This document shows positions 50,461 to 63,310 of a DNA stretch of 64,000 bases, in pieces. The position numbers and the translations under genes were made by a program. Every line of letters starts with the position of its first letter. Position 1 is the first letter of the stretch. Below the pieces are notes generated by a model. That model was given only the letters and a program-made list of their open reading frames with translations, did not search any database and was not told the DNA's origin. The DNA comes from Octopus vulgaris (lineage: Eukaryota). Where the stretch lies: assembly GCA_951406725.2 (NCBI GenBank), contig OX597835.1:248001-312000 (forward strand), read 5' to 3'.

Positions 50461-51466
50461 TTATGCTGTAGAAGTGAAAGAAGGGTATCCAGTTAGAGAG
50501 GAAGGGAGACGGGGAGTGAGAGAGAAAGATAGAAATGGCAAGAGTGGGAGAGATGGTGGTGGATATGTGAGGGTATACCCACAGGGCAGAAGGATGGGGT
50601 GAATATAAGTGAAGTGATGGGTGAACAGAGGGAAAAATTTCATAAGAAGGTGAGGAGAATAGTTAGATGGAACAGAGGTGGCAGTAGTAATTAAAGGTGA
50701 GAGGTATAGGAGTGACTCAGTGAGGAGGGTGGCTTATGTGAGGGCCTCGGGAGAGGTGGGGATTAAAAAGATGCAAGGATGGACAGAGTATAGCAGAGAG
50801 GAGAGAGCATGGCTGGAGAAAGCTAATGAGAATTGGAAGTGTTCTGGGGGGGAGGAGGAGGAGGGAGGAGGGGTTGTGAGTGCATAGAATGTTCCTATTC
50901 TGCTTTCAAGTAGCTAAATAAAATCACAGATAAAGAAGTGATGAATGTTAGGGAATGCGATGTGAGGGTCACTTGACAGGGCAGTGAGAGAGAGGTGGAG
51001 CTTTGCGCAGAGAAGCATGTAACCAAGGTGATTTTAGGATATCTGTTGTGGTGGGTGAGTTTTCTCAAACAAAGCAAGGTGCCAGACATCTCGGTCCTTT
51101 GTCATCTCCTCCATAAGGCTCAGCATCTTGAGATCAGACCCCCAATACTTCATCCTATGTCGTCCTGGGTTTCCCTCTTCCACAAGTTCTTTCCACTTAA
51201 AGTAATCGGCTCTTCTTTATGCAATAGTCCTCATCCATATGCATCACATGATCAAGCCAGTACAGTCTGTTCTCCTGTACATTACATCTAATTTCTCTTA
51301 TGACTATATATATTCATGAATAAGAGAAGTGTAAAAATACCGCTTGCCAAAGATGAAAGTGAAAGCTTCAAAAGCCACCAATACTACAATAAATATACTC
51401 CTCTTTGTAAATATTTCTTGTGTATGTGTGTATATATCTATATCTGTCTACCTATCTATCTATCTA

Positions 51467-51508
<42 letters not shown>

Positions 51509-53352
51509 CAGGTAATAAATATATATATTGAATTCTGTCATTGCACGAGATGTACATTTTGTTTTGTCGTTATAGCTGAGGGCCAGTTCTACTTGATCGG
51601 GTGTTCTAACCATGATCATCCCCTTTTTTGCCCCCTCAACCTTCCTTATACATGATGATTGGCCATGATTTGAAGGAGTTTGGTTGCTTCTTGTTACTGG
51701 CCAAGTCAAAAACCAAGGCTCCTTTGCTGAGATGTCAATTGATTTACAACATAAATAGAAGGGCTTCAGATATATAAGGTTTATGAGGATGGTTTTGTAA
51801 CGTTAATCCTTTTCTCAAGAGAATTAAGTAATGTAAGCAATATAATTTTAATGGCTGTTAAACCCCACCACACACACACACACTTAAAATTAATGACCAA
51901 TAAAAACGGCAAAGTTTTATAATCTCTTCTACACACATCATGGCTTCTCTACAAGGAGACTTGACTGCTTGTTGTTGTCATGTTTATGATAATGATGGTG
52001 GTATTTTTGTTTTGAGAATGATAATGATGGTTGTGGTGGTGGTGGTGGTGGTGGTAGGGGCTGCCATCATCTCCTGTTATGATGAAGCAATTGGTGGTAG
52101 TATATTCTTACACAGATGATGATGGTTGTGTTCTGTTTGGATGTAACAGAATTTTCTCAGTTTGTGACAGTGGTGTTATTGGTGGTGGTGGTGGTGGTGG
52201 TGCTGATGGTGGCAGTTGTAATACTGATGGTGTTTTGCTGTTGTGACAGTGGTTTCTTATGAGGACAATGATGATGATGATGACTGCAGATTGTAGTGGT
52301 GTGATGGTGGTGATATTGTTGTAGTGAGGGTATTAGTGGTCTTATGATGGTAGTTGTGGTAGTTGTATTAGCAGTATATATGTCATTTGTTATTTAACCC
52401 TAGGTCTGCCTTCATTAAACCAAGCCATGATCAAAGACATTCCAGCTGTGACAATGCCATCTAATTAGGTGCAATGGAAGGGTGGGAAGCAGTCGACTAT
52501 ATACATTATCCAATATGTCCTTTCGTCTTTTTTTTAAACACTAGGATAGCATTTGAAGTATATTTGTTGCTATTTCTAGCAGGTTGAGCAATTCATAGAC
52601 ATAGCTTCATTGGTTGTGAAGTTGGTTGTAGGGCCTGGTAGTGGTAGTGGTTGTGGTGGTAGTGGGGATGTTGGTTGTGGTGACGGTGAGGATTGTGATA
52701 GTAGTGGTGTTGGGAACTGTGACAGTGGTGGTGGTGGTGGTGGTGGTTGTAGTGTTCCTTACGATGGCTGAAGTGGTGGTTGTGAGGTAAGATTTTTATT
52801 GGCAGTTGCGTTGGTGTTTTCTTGTCTTTTAGCCCTAGGTCAGCCTTAACTGAGTACAAAGATGCTCCAGCCAGGCCAATTTGATCAGTTTGTATATCTA
52901 GGACATTTCCCTGTTGTCACTAGAATGTAATTGAAGAGATATATCGCTGTTATTTCTGGTAAGGCCACTGACTACAAAGGATCTTCTTCATTAAGTTGTG
53001 ATGTTTGTTGCTGTGGAGGCAGTTCTGTGGTAGAGTGACGGTGATGCTGGTGGTAGCATCACACATTGTTTCAAATGTATGGGGGTAGGTGCAGGGCTTG
53101 ATTGTATTATGATAGAATTTACCACCACCACTACTCAAACACAAACACGCACACACACACACACACATACGTGTGTGTGTGCATTACATCACTTCTGCTT
53201 TATCAGTATTCCCAATCATTATCATGTGTACAAAGACAATATCCTTTTGCGGCCGCCGTTTCAGTTTATAGTTGTTTTTGAAAATGTCTTCCAAAAGACA
53301 TTCCACATTCGACCCCTTTTTACTTCCATTTGGTGCTGCCTGTTCTGTTTAA

Positions 53353-53572
53353 CTCTTTAGCATTCAGATTACCATGTCAAATGTAATCCTTATTTATCCA
53401 CTTTTTGTTTTGAATTAATCATGTAATTATCTCATGGCTTTGAGAGTTTGGTAATGTTGTATATTTTTAGAATGACATTGTCAGATAGGTATGAGAGGCC
53501 AGATGTGGCCATCTTGAACATAAAACTGGTAGAATATTTGGGTCAGATACAGCTTGTTTAAATACTAAAAGC
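53353..53572. mobile_element. piggyBac-like MITE with TTAA on both sides
   Basis: ttaa (53349-53352) ctctttagcatt ... aatactaaaagc ttaa (53573-53576). Confidence 0.7.
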
Positions 53573-53839
53573 TTAATTATCTACCCGTACAAGCTAACCA
53601 AGTGATGTACATACATATGTGTGTTTGTAGGTGTTATATGTGTGTATATATGTGTATATGCACTGTCTGTGTGTATATGTTTATATAATAGCAATGTTTT
53701 GTGCGTGTTTGTATATATTAATCAAGAGCATTGACATTACCATTTCAGGAGGACTTTTATAATTTCCCCTCAGGTCTGACACATTTCCACAAATTAAGGC
53801 TATCACCTGCCTTAATAGTAATACTAATAATAATAATAA

Positions 53840-54795
53840 TAATCCTTTCTACTATAGGCACAAGGCCTGGATTTTTGTGGGAAGGGGGAATAATTGATCA
53901 CATCAACACCAATACTTGACTGGTACTTAACTAATTGACCCCAAAAGAATGAAGGACAAAGACGACCTTGGTGAAATTTGAATTCAGAATATAAAGGGCC
54001 AGAACAGATGCCACAAAGCAATTTGTCTTGCACTCTAATGATTCACTCAGCTTGAGGGGATGAAACTAGACTTGTTGGTTTTTGTCCACCTCCAGCAGTT
54101 GATTGGTCCTTTATTTCATTGACCTCAGAGAGAGAGGCACAAGGCCCGAATTTGTGGGAAGAGGGTTAATCAAATTGATCCAGTACTTGGCTGGTACTTA
54201 CTTTTATCAACCCCAGAAAAATAAATACCAACTTGACATTTTGGCAGAATTTGAATTCAGAATATTAGAGGCCATAGTGAAATATTGCAAAACACTTCAT
54301 CAGAGATTCTAACAATTCTGCAAATAATCATAGTAATAATAATAATGATAATAATAATAATCCTTTCTACTATAGGCACAAGGCCTGAAATTTTAGGCAG
54401 GAAAGGACTAGTCAATTACATCAACTCCAGTGTATAACTGGTACTTATTTCATCGACCCCAAAAGGATGAAAGGTAAAGCTGACCTTGATGGAATTTGAA
54501 TTTAGAGCATAAGGACAGACCAAATGCTAACGTTTCAGCCAGTTCACCACCTTAATAATATTAATAATAATAATATTAATGATGATGATGATGATGATTT
54601 TAGCACAAGGCCAGCAATTTTTAAGGAGTGGGGTTGTCAGTTACAGCAACACCAGTGCGCAACTGGTACTTAGTTTATCAACCACAAAAAATGAAAAGCA
54701 AAGCTGACTTCAGCTGAATTTGAACTCAAGAGTTTAGGGACTTAGAAGAAATGTTTCTAATGATTTGATCCAACAACTTAACAATTCTGCCAGTA
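53840..54795 (-). mobile_element. Chain of four family-A SINEs
   Basis: Repeated ggcacaaggcc...ctggtactt...gaatttgaa motif with (AAT)n spacers. Confidence 0.8.
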
Positions 54796-54796
54796 A

Positions 54797-55435
54797 CAAT
54801 CATCATCATCATCATCGTTTAATGTCCGTTCTCCATGCTAGCATGGGTTGGACGGTTCGACCAGGATCTGGGAAGCCAGATGGCTGCACCAGGCTCCAGT
54901 CTGATCTGGCAGTGTTTCTACAGCTAGATGCCCTTCCTAACACCAACCACTCTGTGAGTGTAGTGGGTGCTTTTTACATGCCACCAGCACAGGTGCCAGG
55001 CGAGGCTGGCAACGACCACGATCAATTGGTGCTTTTTACGTGCTACCAGCACAGAAGCCAGTCAAGGCAGCGCTGGCATCGGCCACGTTTGGATGGTGCT
55101 TTTTACGTGCCACCGGCACAGGGATCACAACTACAATTTCCATTGATTTTTGATGTTGGTGTACTTGACTCAATGGATCTCCTCAAGTACAGGGTCGAAA
55201 CGGTGTTTCTTTACTTGCCACCTGCACAGGAGTCAGTCCAGCGGCCCTGGCAACTGCTGGGTGCCAGTCATAGGATTGGTTCAATTTCGATTCTGATTTC
55301 ACTTGCCCCAACAGGTCTTCACAAGCAGAGTTTATTGTCCAATGAAGGGAGGTTGGCATGGGTGCCAGTCGTCGGATGTGGTTCGATTTTGAATTCAATT
55401 TCAACTTCGCTTGCCTCAACAGGTCTTCACATGTC
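54797..55435 (-). mobile_element. Longer family-C retroposon with internal repeats
   Basis: (CAT)n cgtttaatgtccg...; ggtgctttttacgtgccacc occurs three times; cacttgcc(c/t)caacaggtcttcaca occurs twice. Confidence 0.8.
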
Positions 55436-55888
55436 CAATAATAATTCATTCTACTATAGAAGTTTTGTGGGTAAGGGGCTTGTTGATTACATCAGTCCCC
55501 GTGTTCAACTAGTATTTAATTCATCAACCCTGAATGGATGAAAGGCAAAGTCGAACTTGAAAGAATGTAAACACATGAAATGTGGTTATGCATTTTGTCC
55601 AGTATGCTAACAATTCCACCACCTCCCCACCCTATTATTAGTAACAATAATATATTCAAATTTAGGCACACAGCCAGCAATTGTGAGAGAAGGGAGTTAG
55701 TCAATGCCACCAGCACCCTCACTTCTCTGAATATTTGAGAGGTAACTTTATTTTCTCAATCCTGGTAAAAGAGAAAGTGAATTAAATCTGACCTTGGCAG
55801 ACTTGAACTCAAAACACTGAGAACCAGAACAAACACCACAGAGCATTTCTTCTGATGCTCAAACAATTTTGCCAGATTCTTGCTTTCA

Positions 55889-56276
55889 CCCTTTAGCATT
55901 TAAAACCAGCCAAACCTGGCCAAAATATTCTACCTGTTATAGGTTGAAAGAGGCCAGATGTGGTTTCTCGCACCAACCCTACAATGTCATTCTAAAAATT
56001 AACAGTTATGTCATCAAAATCTCATAAACTACAAAATAATACATGATTAGTTCAAAACATTGTGAACGAATAAGCATTACTTTTTACAGAATAATGCAAA
56101 TGCTAAAGGGTTGATCCAGCCATATCCAACTTCTCACACCTACCCTACAATGTGATTCTAAAAATATACAAACACACCATTGAAATCTTAAAGCTACAAG
56201 ACAATGTGTGATTTATTCAAAACAAAAATGGATAAATAAGCAGTAGGTGTGACAAAGAACTCTGAATGCTAAAGGG
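55889..56276. mobile_element. piggyBac-like MITE (55889-56110) plus an adjacent partial copy (56115-56276)
   Basis: ccctttagcattt ... aaatgctaaaggg; the second copy ends gaatgctaaaggg. Confidence 0.7.
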
Positions 56277-56506
56277 TTGGAAGGTTTGGTTGATTCCATT
56301 GATGTTAGTGTATGACTGAGACTGTATTTTATTGATCCCAAAAGGATGGGAGGCAAAGTTGACTTTAGCAGGATTTGAACTCGGAACATAAAATGCCAAA
56401 GCAAATACTGTAGAGTATTTTTTTATGACACTCTCATGGTTTTGCCAGCTCACTGCCATAATAGTAATAATCTTAGTTTAATTAACTTCATTACGTAGTT
56501 AACGTA

Positions 56507-56733
56507 GAGGCGCAATGGCCTAGTGGTTAGGGCAGCGGACTCGCGGTCGCAGGATCGCGGTTTCGATTCTCAGACCGGGCGTTGTGTGTGTTTATTGAGC
56601 GAAAACACCTAAAAGCTCTACGAGGCTCCGGCAGGAGGTGGTGATCCCTGCTGTACTCTTTCACCACAATGGCGGTGCCCCAGCATGGCCACAGCTCAAG
56701 AGCTGAAACTGGAAAAACAAAAACAAAAACAAA
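56507..56733 (+). mobile_element. Young CpG-rich tRNA-derived SINE with (CAAAA)n tail
   Basis: A-box tggcctagtgg, B-box-like gtttcgattc; the 3' block ggcggtgccccagcatggcc..ctgaaac is shared with family B. Confidence 0.8.
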
Positions 56734-56859
56734 ATTACATCAAATCAAGTGAACAAATTTAAGGGGTACAATGTAGTAGTTCAATTTAAATAGTAACTGA
56801 CTTCTGCTTATTTTAATGACCCCTGAATGCTACTACTATTACTACTACTACTGGTAATA

Positions 56860-57760
56860 ATAATAATGGTTTCAAAATTTGGCATAAGGCTAGTAATTGG
56901 GGGGTGGGCATGCAACTTAGTCAATTACATCACCCCAGTATTTGATGGGTACTTTATTTTATTGACCCCGAAAAGTTGAAAGGCAATAATAATAATAATA
57001 ATCCTTCCTACAACAGGCATAAGGCCTGAAATTTTGGGGAGGGGACTAATTGATTACATTGACCCCAGTGTATCACTGGTACTTAATTTATTGACCCCGA
57101 ACAGATGAAAGTCAAAGTCACCCCCTCCCCTCCAGAATTTGAACTCAGAATGTAAAGAGTCTGAAGAAATAAATTCCACAAAGCATTTTAACTGACGTGT
57201 TACGATTCTGCCAGTTTAATAATAATGATAATAATAAGGCCAGCTCAGGATCAACTGGTGCTTATTTTATTGACCCTGAAATGAGGAATGGCAAAGTCAA
57301 CCTTGGCGGAATTTGAACTCAGAACATGAAGTCAGACAAAATACCTATTTCTTTACTACCCACAAGGGGCTAAACACAGAGAGGACAAACAAGGACAGAC
57401 AGATGGATTAAGTCAATTACATCGACTCCAGTGCATAACTGGTACTTATTTAATCGACCCCGAAAGGATGAAAAGCAAAGTCAACCATGGCGGAATTTGA
57501 ACTCAGAACATGAAGTCAGACAAAATACCTATTTCTTTACTAGCCACGGGGCTAAACACAGAGAGGACAAACAAGGACAGACAGATGGATTAAGTCGATT
57601 ACATCGACTCCAGTGCATAACTGGTACTTATTTAATCGACCCCGAAAGGATGAAAAGCAAAGTCAACCATGGCGGAATTTGAACTCAGAACATGAAGTCA
57701 GACATAATACCGCTAAGCATTTCGCCTGGCAGGCTAACAATTCTACAGGCTTGCCACGTT
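56860..57760 (-). mobile_element. Family-A SINE cluster including a ~183-bp tandemly repeated variant
   Basis: tggcggaatttgaactcagaacatgaagtcagaca at ~57304, 57488 and 57670. Confidence 0.85.
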
Positions 57761-58724
57761 AATACTAATACTTATAATAATAATAATGATTTCCATTATT
57801 AGGACCCAACTCAATGTCAAGGGACAAAATACAATACACAAAACATGGGGGCTTGGCTGAATCAAAAGGGAATCAACAACAATAAGGATAAAGCAAGAGA
57901 TATAAAAATACAATGATAATTCCATAAACTAGCATCACCATTTTTAATTGTTATGTAATGTTATGACGTATAGTTAAATATCACCACATAACAGAGATAT
58001 TGAAGTATTCAATGTGTTACGTCATATATAACCATATACACACTTGATATGTCTGGAGGTGTGAATATGTCTGTGTAGTAGCAGAGAGGGAGAGAGAGAG
58101 AGAGAGAGGAGAGACTGATAATCACAATGAATATCATTGTAATGTACCCTGGCTGTCTACTCTGGTGAACATGTGATATGTTGTTATTTATAGCTTATAA
58201 CAAATTGTTCATAGAACCTATCACATCTCTGATATATATGTGTGTGTGTGTATATATACATATATATATGCATGGGTGTGTGCATGTTTTTTAAATATGT
58301 GCATATTATATTGGTTGTATTTAATTTATATATATATATATTATTTGCATATATGTCGGGGTGCTTTTCATGTGCCACTGGTACATGTATATAAATCATC
58401 ATCATCATCATAATAGCAACCACTTTTCCACGCTTGCATGGGTGTCAGACACAGTTTAAGACGGATTTTCTACACCTGAATACTCTTTCAACTCTTACCT
58501 GTTTTCAAGCAATGTAAAGTTTCCTGAGGGCAACCATAAATGTTTTCACAGAATATCGAAATTGAATGACCTTTGTATTACAGTGTCACTCAGTTATGAT
58601 TGACAGCACATGGTGCTAGGGAAGACCTGACCACATGTACATGTATGGTGACATGCACTATAAAATTTGGGTAATGATGGAGGTTGAAATATATAATAGA
58701 CATCTGCATACACTCACACTTACA

Positions 58725-59260
58725 CACGACAGGCTTCTTTCAGTTTCTGTTTACCAAATCCACTCACAAGGCTTTGATTGGGTGAGGTCTATAGTAGAAG
58801 ACGCTTGTCCAAGATCTCACACAGTGAGATTGAACCCAAAACTTCTCACCCACGAAACCATGTCTGCGCCTATACATATAGGCACAGATGTGGCTGTGTG
58901 GTAAGAAGCATGCTTTCCAACCACAGGGTTCCAGGTTTAGTCCCACTGCAGGCATCTTAGGCAAGTGTCATCTGCTATAGCTTCAGGCCGATCAAAGCCT
59001 TGTGAGTAGATTTTGCAGATAGAAACTGAAAGAAGCTCATCATATACATGTATATACCTATGTGTGTTAGTTTGTCTGTATTTGACCCCCGCCCCATTGC
59101 TTGACAACCAATGCTGGTGTGTTTACATCCTTGTAACATAGCAGTTCAGTAAAAAAGACCAATAGAATAAGTACTAGGCTTACAAAGAATATATCCTGGG
59201 ATCAATTTCTTTGACTAAAACCCTTTAAGACAGTGCTTCAGCATGGCCACAATCAAATGA
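58725..59260. mobile_element. Head-to-head pair of family-B SINEs (- at 58725-58870, + at 58880-59260)
   Basis: cttctttcagtttctg...cactcacaaggctttg versus caaagccttgtgagt...agaaactgaaagaag. Confidence 0.8.
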
Positions 59261-59409
59261 CTGAAACAAGTAAAAGAATATACATATATACATATTATAA
59301 ATGTGGTGTATTTTCAGTGACTGTCCTTGCTTTCCGTCTTAAAATAGCTGGCAAAATAGGCTGTACTCCAATAGTTCTAGTCAAACAGCTGCAAGTAATG
59401 TACTTTGTT

Positions 59410-59750
59410 AGGAGTGCATGGCTCAGTGGTTAGAGCATCGAGCTCACAATCATGAGGTAATGAGTTCGATTCTAGGACCAAGCTGTGTTGTGTTCTGGAA
59501 CCAGACACTTTTTTTCATGTTGCTCCAGTTCACTCAGCTGTAGAAATGAGTTGCGACGTCACAGGTGCCAAGCCCTATCAACTTTTGCCTTTCCCTTGGA
59601 CAACATTGGTGGCTTGGAGAGGAAAGGCTGGTATGCATGGGTGACTGCTGGTCTTCCATAAACAACTTTGCCCAGGCTTGTGCCTTGGAGGAGAACTTTC
59701 TAAGTGCAGTCCCATGGTCATTCATGACTGAAAGTGATCTTTATCCTTTA
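59410..59750 (+). mobile_element. tRNA-derived SINE (same family as 37822)
   Basis: ggagtgcatggctcagtggttagagc...gagttcgattc...cccatggtcattcatgac. Confidence 0.8.
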
Positions 59751-59779
59751 TCTAACCATTGTCGACTTGAAGAAAGCTT

Positions 59780-60105
59780 TTAACTCTGTAATCTGGTGTT
59801 TGTTGAGGAAGATTGAGCAAGATGAATGGATGAATGTCTGCTGGGGGCCATTTAAGCCATGTACCATTGTAAGTCAGCAATGAGTTCAGCAACAAATTGA
59901 ACATGCAAAATGTTCATCAAGGATTAGAGTACCCAGCCCTGTCATTGTTTATCATAATCCTCCAAGCTAGAGTTGAAGAGTGGACTGTCCATGGGAACTT
60001 CCATATACTGATGATGTAATTCTAGTTAGAGCAGAATCTGTCAAAGATTTGAAGAACTTACAGACATGGAAGCAAAACTTAGAATTGAAAGGTGTAAAAT
60101 TTAAT
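59780..60105 (+). mobile_element. Highly decayed RTE-like reverse-transcriptase fragment
   Basis: tgtccatgggaacttccatatactgatgat reads CPWELPYTDD, a decayed CPWELLYADD; followed by AES..QTWKQNLELKGVK, homologous to 5990-6110. Confidence 0.6.
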
Positions 60106-60114
60106 CTTCTATTT

Positions 60115-60191
60115 TTTACTTAAGTTATGGGGACATAAGCACACCAACATTGGTTGTCAAGTGGTGGTGGGGAGCAAACACAAACAAGAAT

Positions 60192-60245
<54 letters not shown>

Positions 60246-60380
60246 GATGGGCTTCTTTCAGTTTCCATCTACCAAATCCATTCACAAGACTTTGGTTGGC
60301 CTGAGGCTATCATAAAAGACACTTACCCAAGGTGGCACTGAACCCATAACCATGTGGTTGAGGAGCAAGCTTCTTACAAT
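60115..60380 (-). mobile_element. Family-B SINE fragment
   Basis: (TA)n cgatgggcttctttcagtttcc...aaccatgtggttg. Confidence 0.75.
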
Positions 60381-62385
60381 AGAAGACTTCACATCTGTTT
60401 ATAAGGAATACCCCCCACCACCACCACCATCCCTACTTCTTTATTTCCCTCTTTTTGTCTTACCCATCATGCTACCTGAGTAGTAAGAGGTTGCATTGGA
60501 TCTGTTGGTATCTGATACACCCCACTATGTACTCTTAGGTCACACCTTGTTCAAGGGATGTTGCTCCCCTACCTTTGCTATCTCAGCTACTAATCACCCC
60601 CTGGTTTCCCTTACCAGCAGACCTTCTCTACTTCTAGTCATCACCAACCCCTTTCTTCTCGGTTCTTTTTTCCCCTTCCCTTCAGCCATTTCATCGACAG
60701 TCTATACACAGGTACATGCACGTATGTGTGTATTTGTGTGTAATTAATTGAAAAAATTAAACTAGTCTTTAATTCTATAATTCTGTTTACTAAGGAGTCT
60801 ACCGTTTCATATCTTAGCACAACAGTCGACTGTTAGTCTTCTACTCTGTAGCATCATCATCATCATCATCGATCTCTGGCTGTTTCAGGCTCTTTTATAG
60901 AATATCTATTGAGTTGACCTTGTGCTGTGGATTGACCCTGAAAAGGCAGATCAAAGAGTTTCCAACCCTGATCAAAGGCTTTTTAGCTAAGATTTTCCCT
61001 ATGCGTGCAGACACACATTTGTGAATTTGTGTGTGTGCGTTTGTGTGCATGCACACATGTGCGTGTATATGAATGCATGTGTGCTTGTATGCATGTATGT
61101 GAGGGTTTTCTCCAGATTACCCTTCCCAGTGTGTTGTTGTTTTTTTGAAAATGGTAGGATATGGTTAGGGGTAGATTTGGCTGCTATTTCTAGCAGATCG
61201 TGCAATCATGTTGAGCTCCTTTTGTTGGTTTGACTTTATTGTTGTTGTTAAGCCTCTTTTTTACTTTCCCACATCATGACTGTTGTGATATTTGTGAAAG
61301 GCGATGGTAAAGCTAACGTTCCATTTTTATCTCTAGTATTAATAATACCCATCATCAGCAACAGCAGCATCATTTAATCTCTGTTTCCCATGCTGGATTG
61401 GACAGCCTGACAGGAGCTGGCAAGTCCAGGGGCCACACCAGATTCCATTGTCTGTTTTTGGCTTGGTCCCTAGAGCTCGATGTCCTTCCTAGCGCCAACC
61501 ACTTTACAAAGTGTACTGGGTGCTTTTTACGTGGCACCATCACAATGCTATCAATGATTTAATGATGCTGTTATTGTGGTGTATATGATGGTTTGTGGCC
61601 TAGTTGTTAGGGTGTTTGGCTCATAAAGTCATAATATCATAAGATCAATTCCTGGACCAGGCTGTGGGTTGTGTCCTTGAGCAAGGCACTTCATTTCATG
61701 TTACTTCATCCTACTCAGCTGTAAATGAGTACCAGTCAAGTACAGACACAGCCCCCTCTCCTTGTCCAACAGCCACATCATTAATGTTCTTCTGGGTCAC
61801 TGGTGGGAGTGCCAAGAGGATAAGGGTCTCTCTCTGTTCACAACTATATATGTAGATGCCTAAAGCAATTAGCAAAGGCTTCGTACAAAATACCAAAGAC
61901 ATATTCTTGTATTAGTGATTCTGAACATTTCTTTCTTTTTTGTTGCTGTTGTTATGTCCTGCTCATTATACTCCTCTGTGGTTATTGTTGTGATGTATGT
62001 CTTGTGTAATGCTTTATATAATGTTTGCAATGCTGCTGCTGTTGTGACATTTTATCTAATGATATAATATTTGTTGTTTTTTTTTGTGCTGCTGTTGTTG
62101 CCATTGTGAAGTCCTTCTCTTGTGTAATAAGAGCTGCTATTGTGATGTCTGCTGAAGACTCTGATATTGTTGTAACACATCTCTCAAAGATGTTACCATT
62201 GTTCTTTTCGTGACTAATTAGTAACGCTGTACAGTTGGTCAACTTTGTATTGTTATTACATCTCATTCCAGAATTCATTATTTCTCTTTCTGTGTCAGAT
62301 CATGCCGCCTGTTATCTTTTTCTTCTCTCCTGGTCATTCTTTTCTCTTTATCTCATCTCAACTAGTCGTTCCCATGACTAGGAGA

Positions 62386-62419
<34 letters not shown>

Positions 62420-63310
62420 CTGCTCTTGGTGATACCAATCTCTCTCTCTCTCTCTCACACACACACGTCTCTTAGGCTCATTCTGATTTTTCTCCTTTTT
62501 TATCTTTATTGGTTATTCTGATGTCTTCCCTAGTGATACTGATCCCCCCTCCCTCCCTCCCTCCCCCTCTCTCACACACGTTGCAATCAGTCCTTCCTTC
62601 CTTCCTTCCTTCCTTCCTTCTGATCTCTTTCTCTCATCTCCCTCGTGGTCCTTCTGATCTCTTCTCATTTACGTCTCTCTCTCGTTTATTTCGATGTCTT
62701 TCTCTTCTTTCTATCCTCATCATTCTCAACTCTCTTCCTCTCACTTGTTCCATTTACTGTAGTCGCAATTGCATTCTCTCACCTTACCCCCACCTCTCTC
62801 AAATTATAAATACTTACTTTCATAACAAATTCCAATCAAGAGGTTCAGTTTCAATCCTAAGCTAGAACTGCTTCAATTACATTGTTAAACATTGTAAGTG
62901 ATTATATGAAAGCTTTGACTTCTCGTTGCCTGTGTTGTTATTTCCTCCCTGTAATGGTTTAGCTGATCTATCATTATGTAATGCTCTCCCCCTTCTCCTG
63001 CCATATTGTTACGACATCTCACACACCCGTCTCCTCATTGCCGTAGCATCGTCTCCTCCTCATTCAATCTTTATCTTACTCTGATACAGTTATAGCTCTT
63101 TCTTACTGTTACGTTCCCTTTCATACCTTCATTTTACTATTTTACATGCATGCACACATACATATTTATACATGTTCGTGTGTGTATATATCCTTTATCT
63201 TTTACTTGTTTCAGACATTACATTGTGGCCATGCTGGGGCACCACCTTGAAGGAATTTAGTCGAACTTATCGACCCCCAGCACTTATTTTCTTTTTAAGA
63301 CTAGTATTTA

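Noticed and set aside
54765-55541. 258-aa ORF
   Set aside because: Antisense read-through of a family-C retroposon and flanking SINEs.
56507-56580. Functional tRNA gene
   Set aside because: Poor acceptor-stem pairing, and the sequence continues into a SINE body and A-rich tail.
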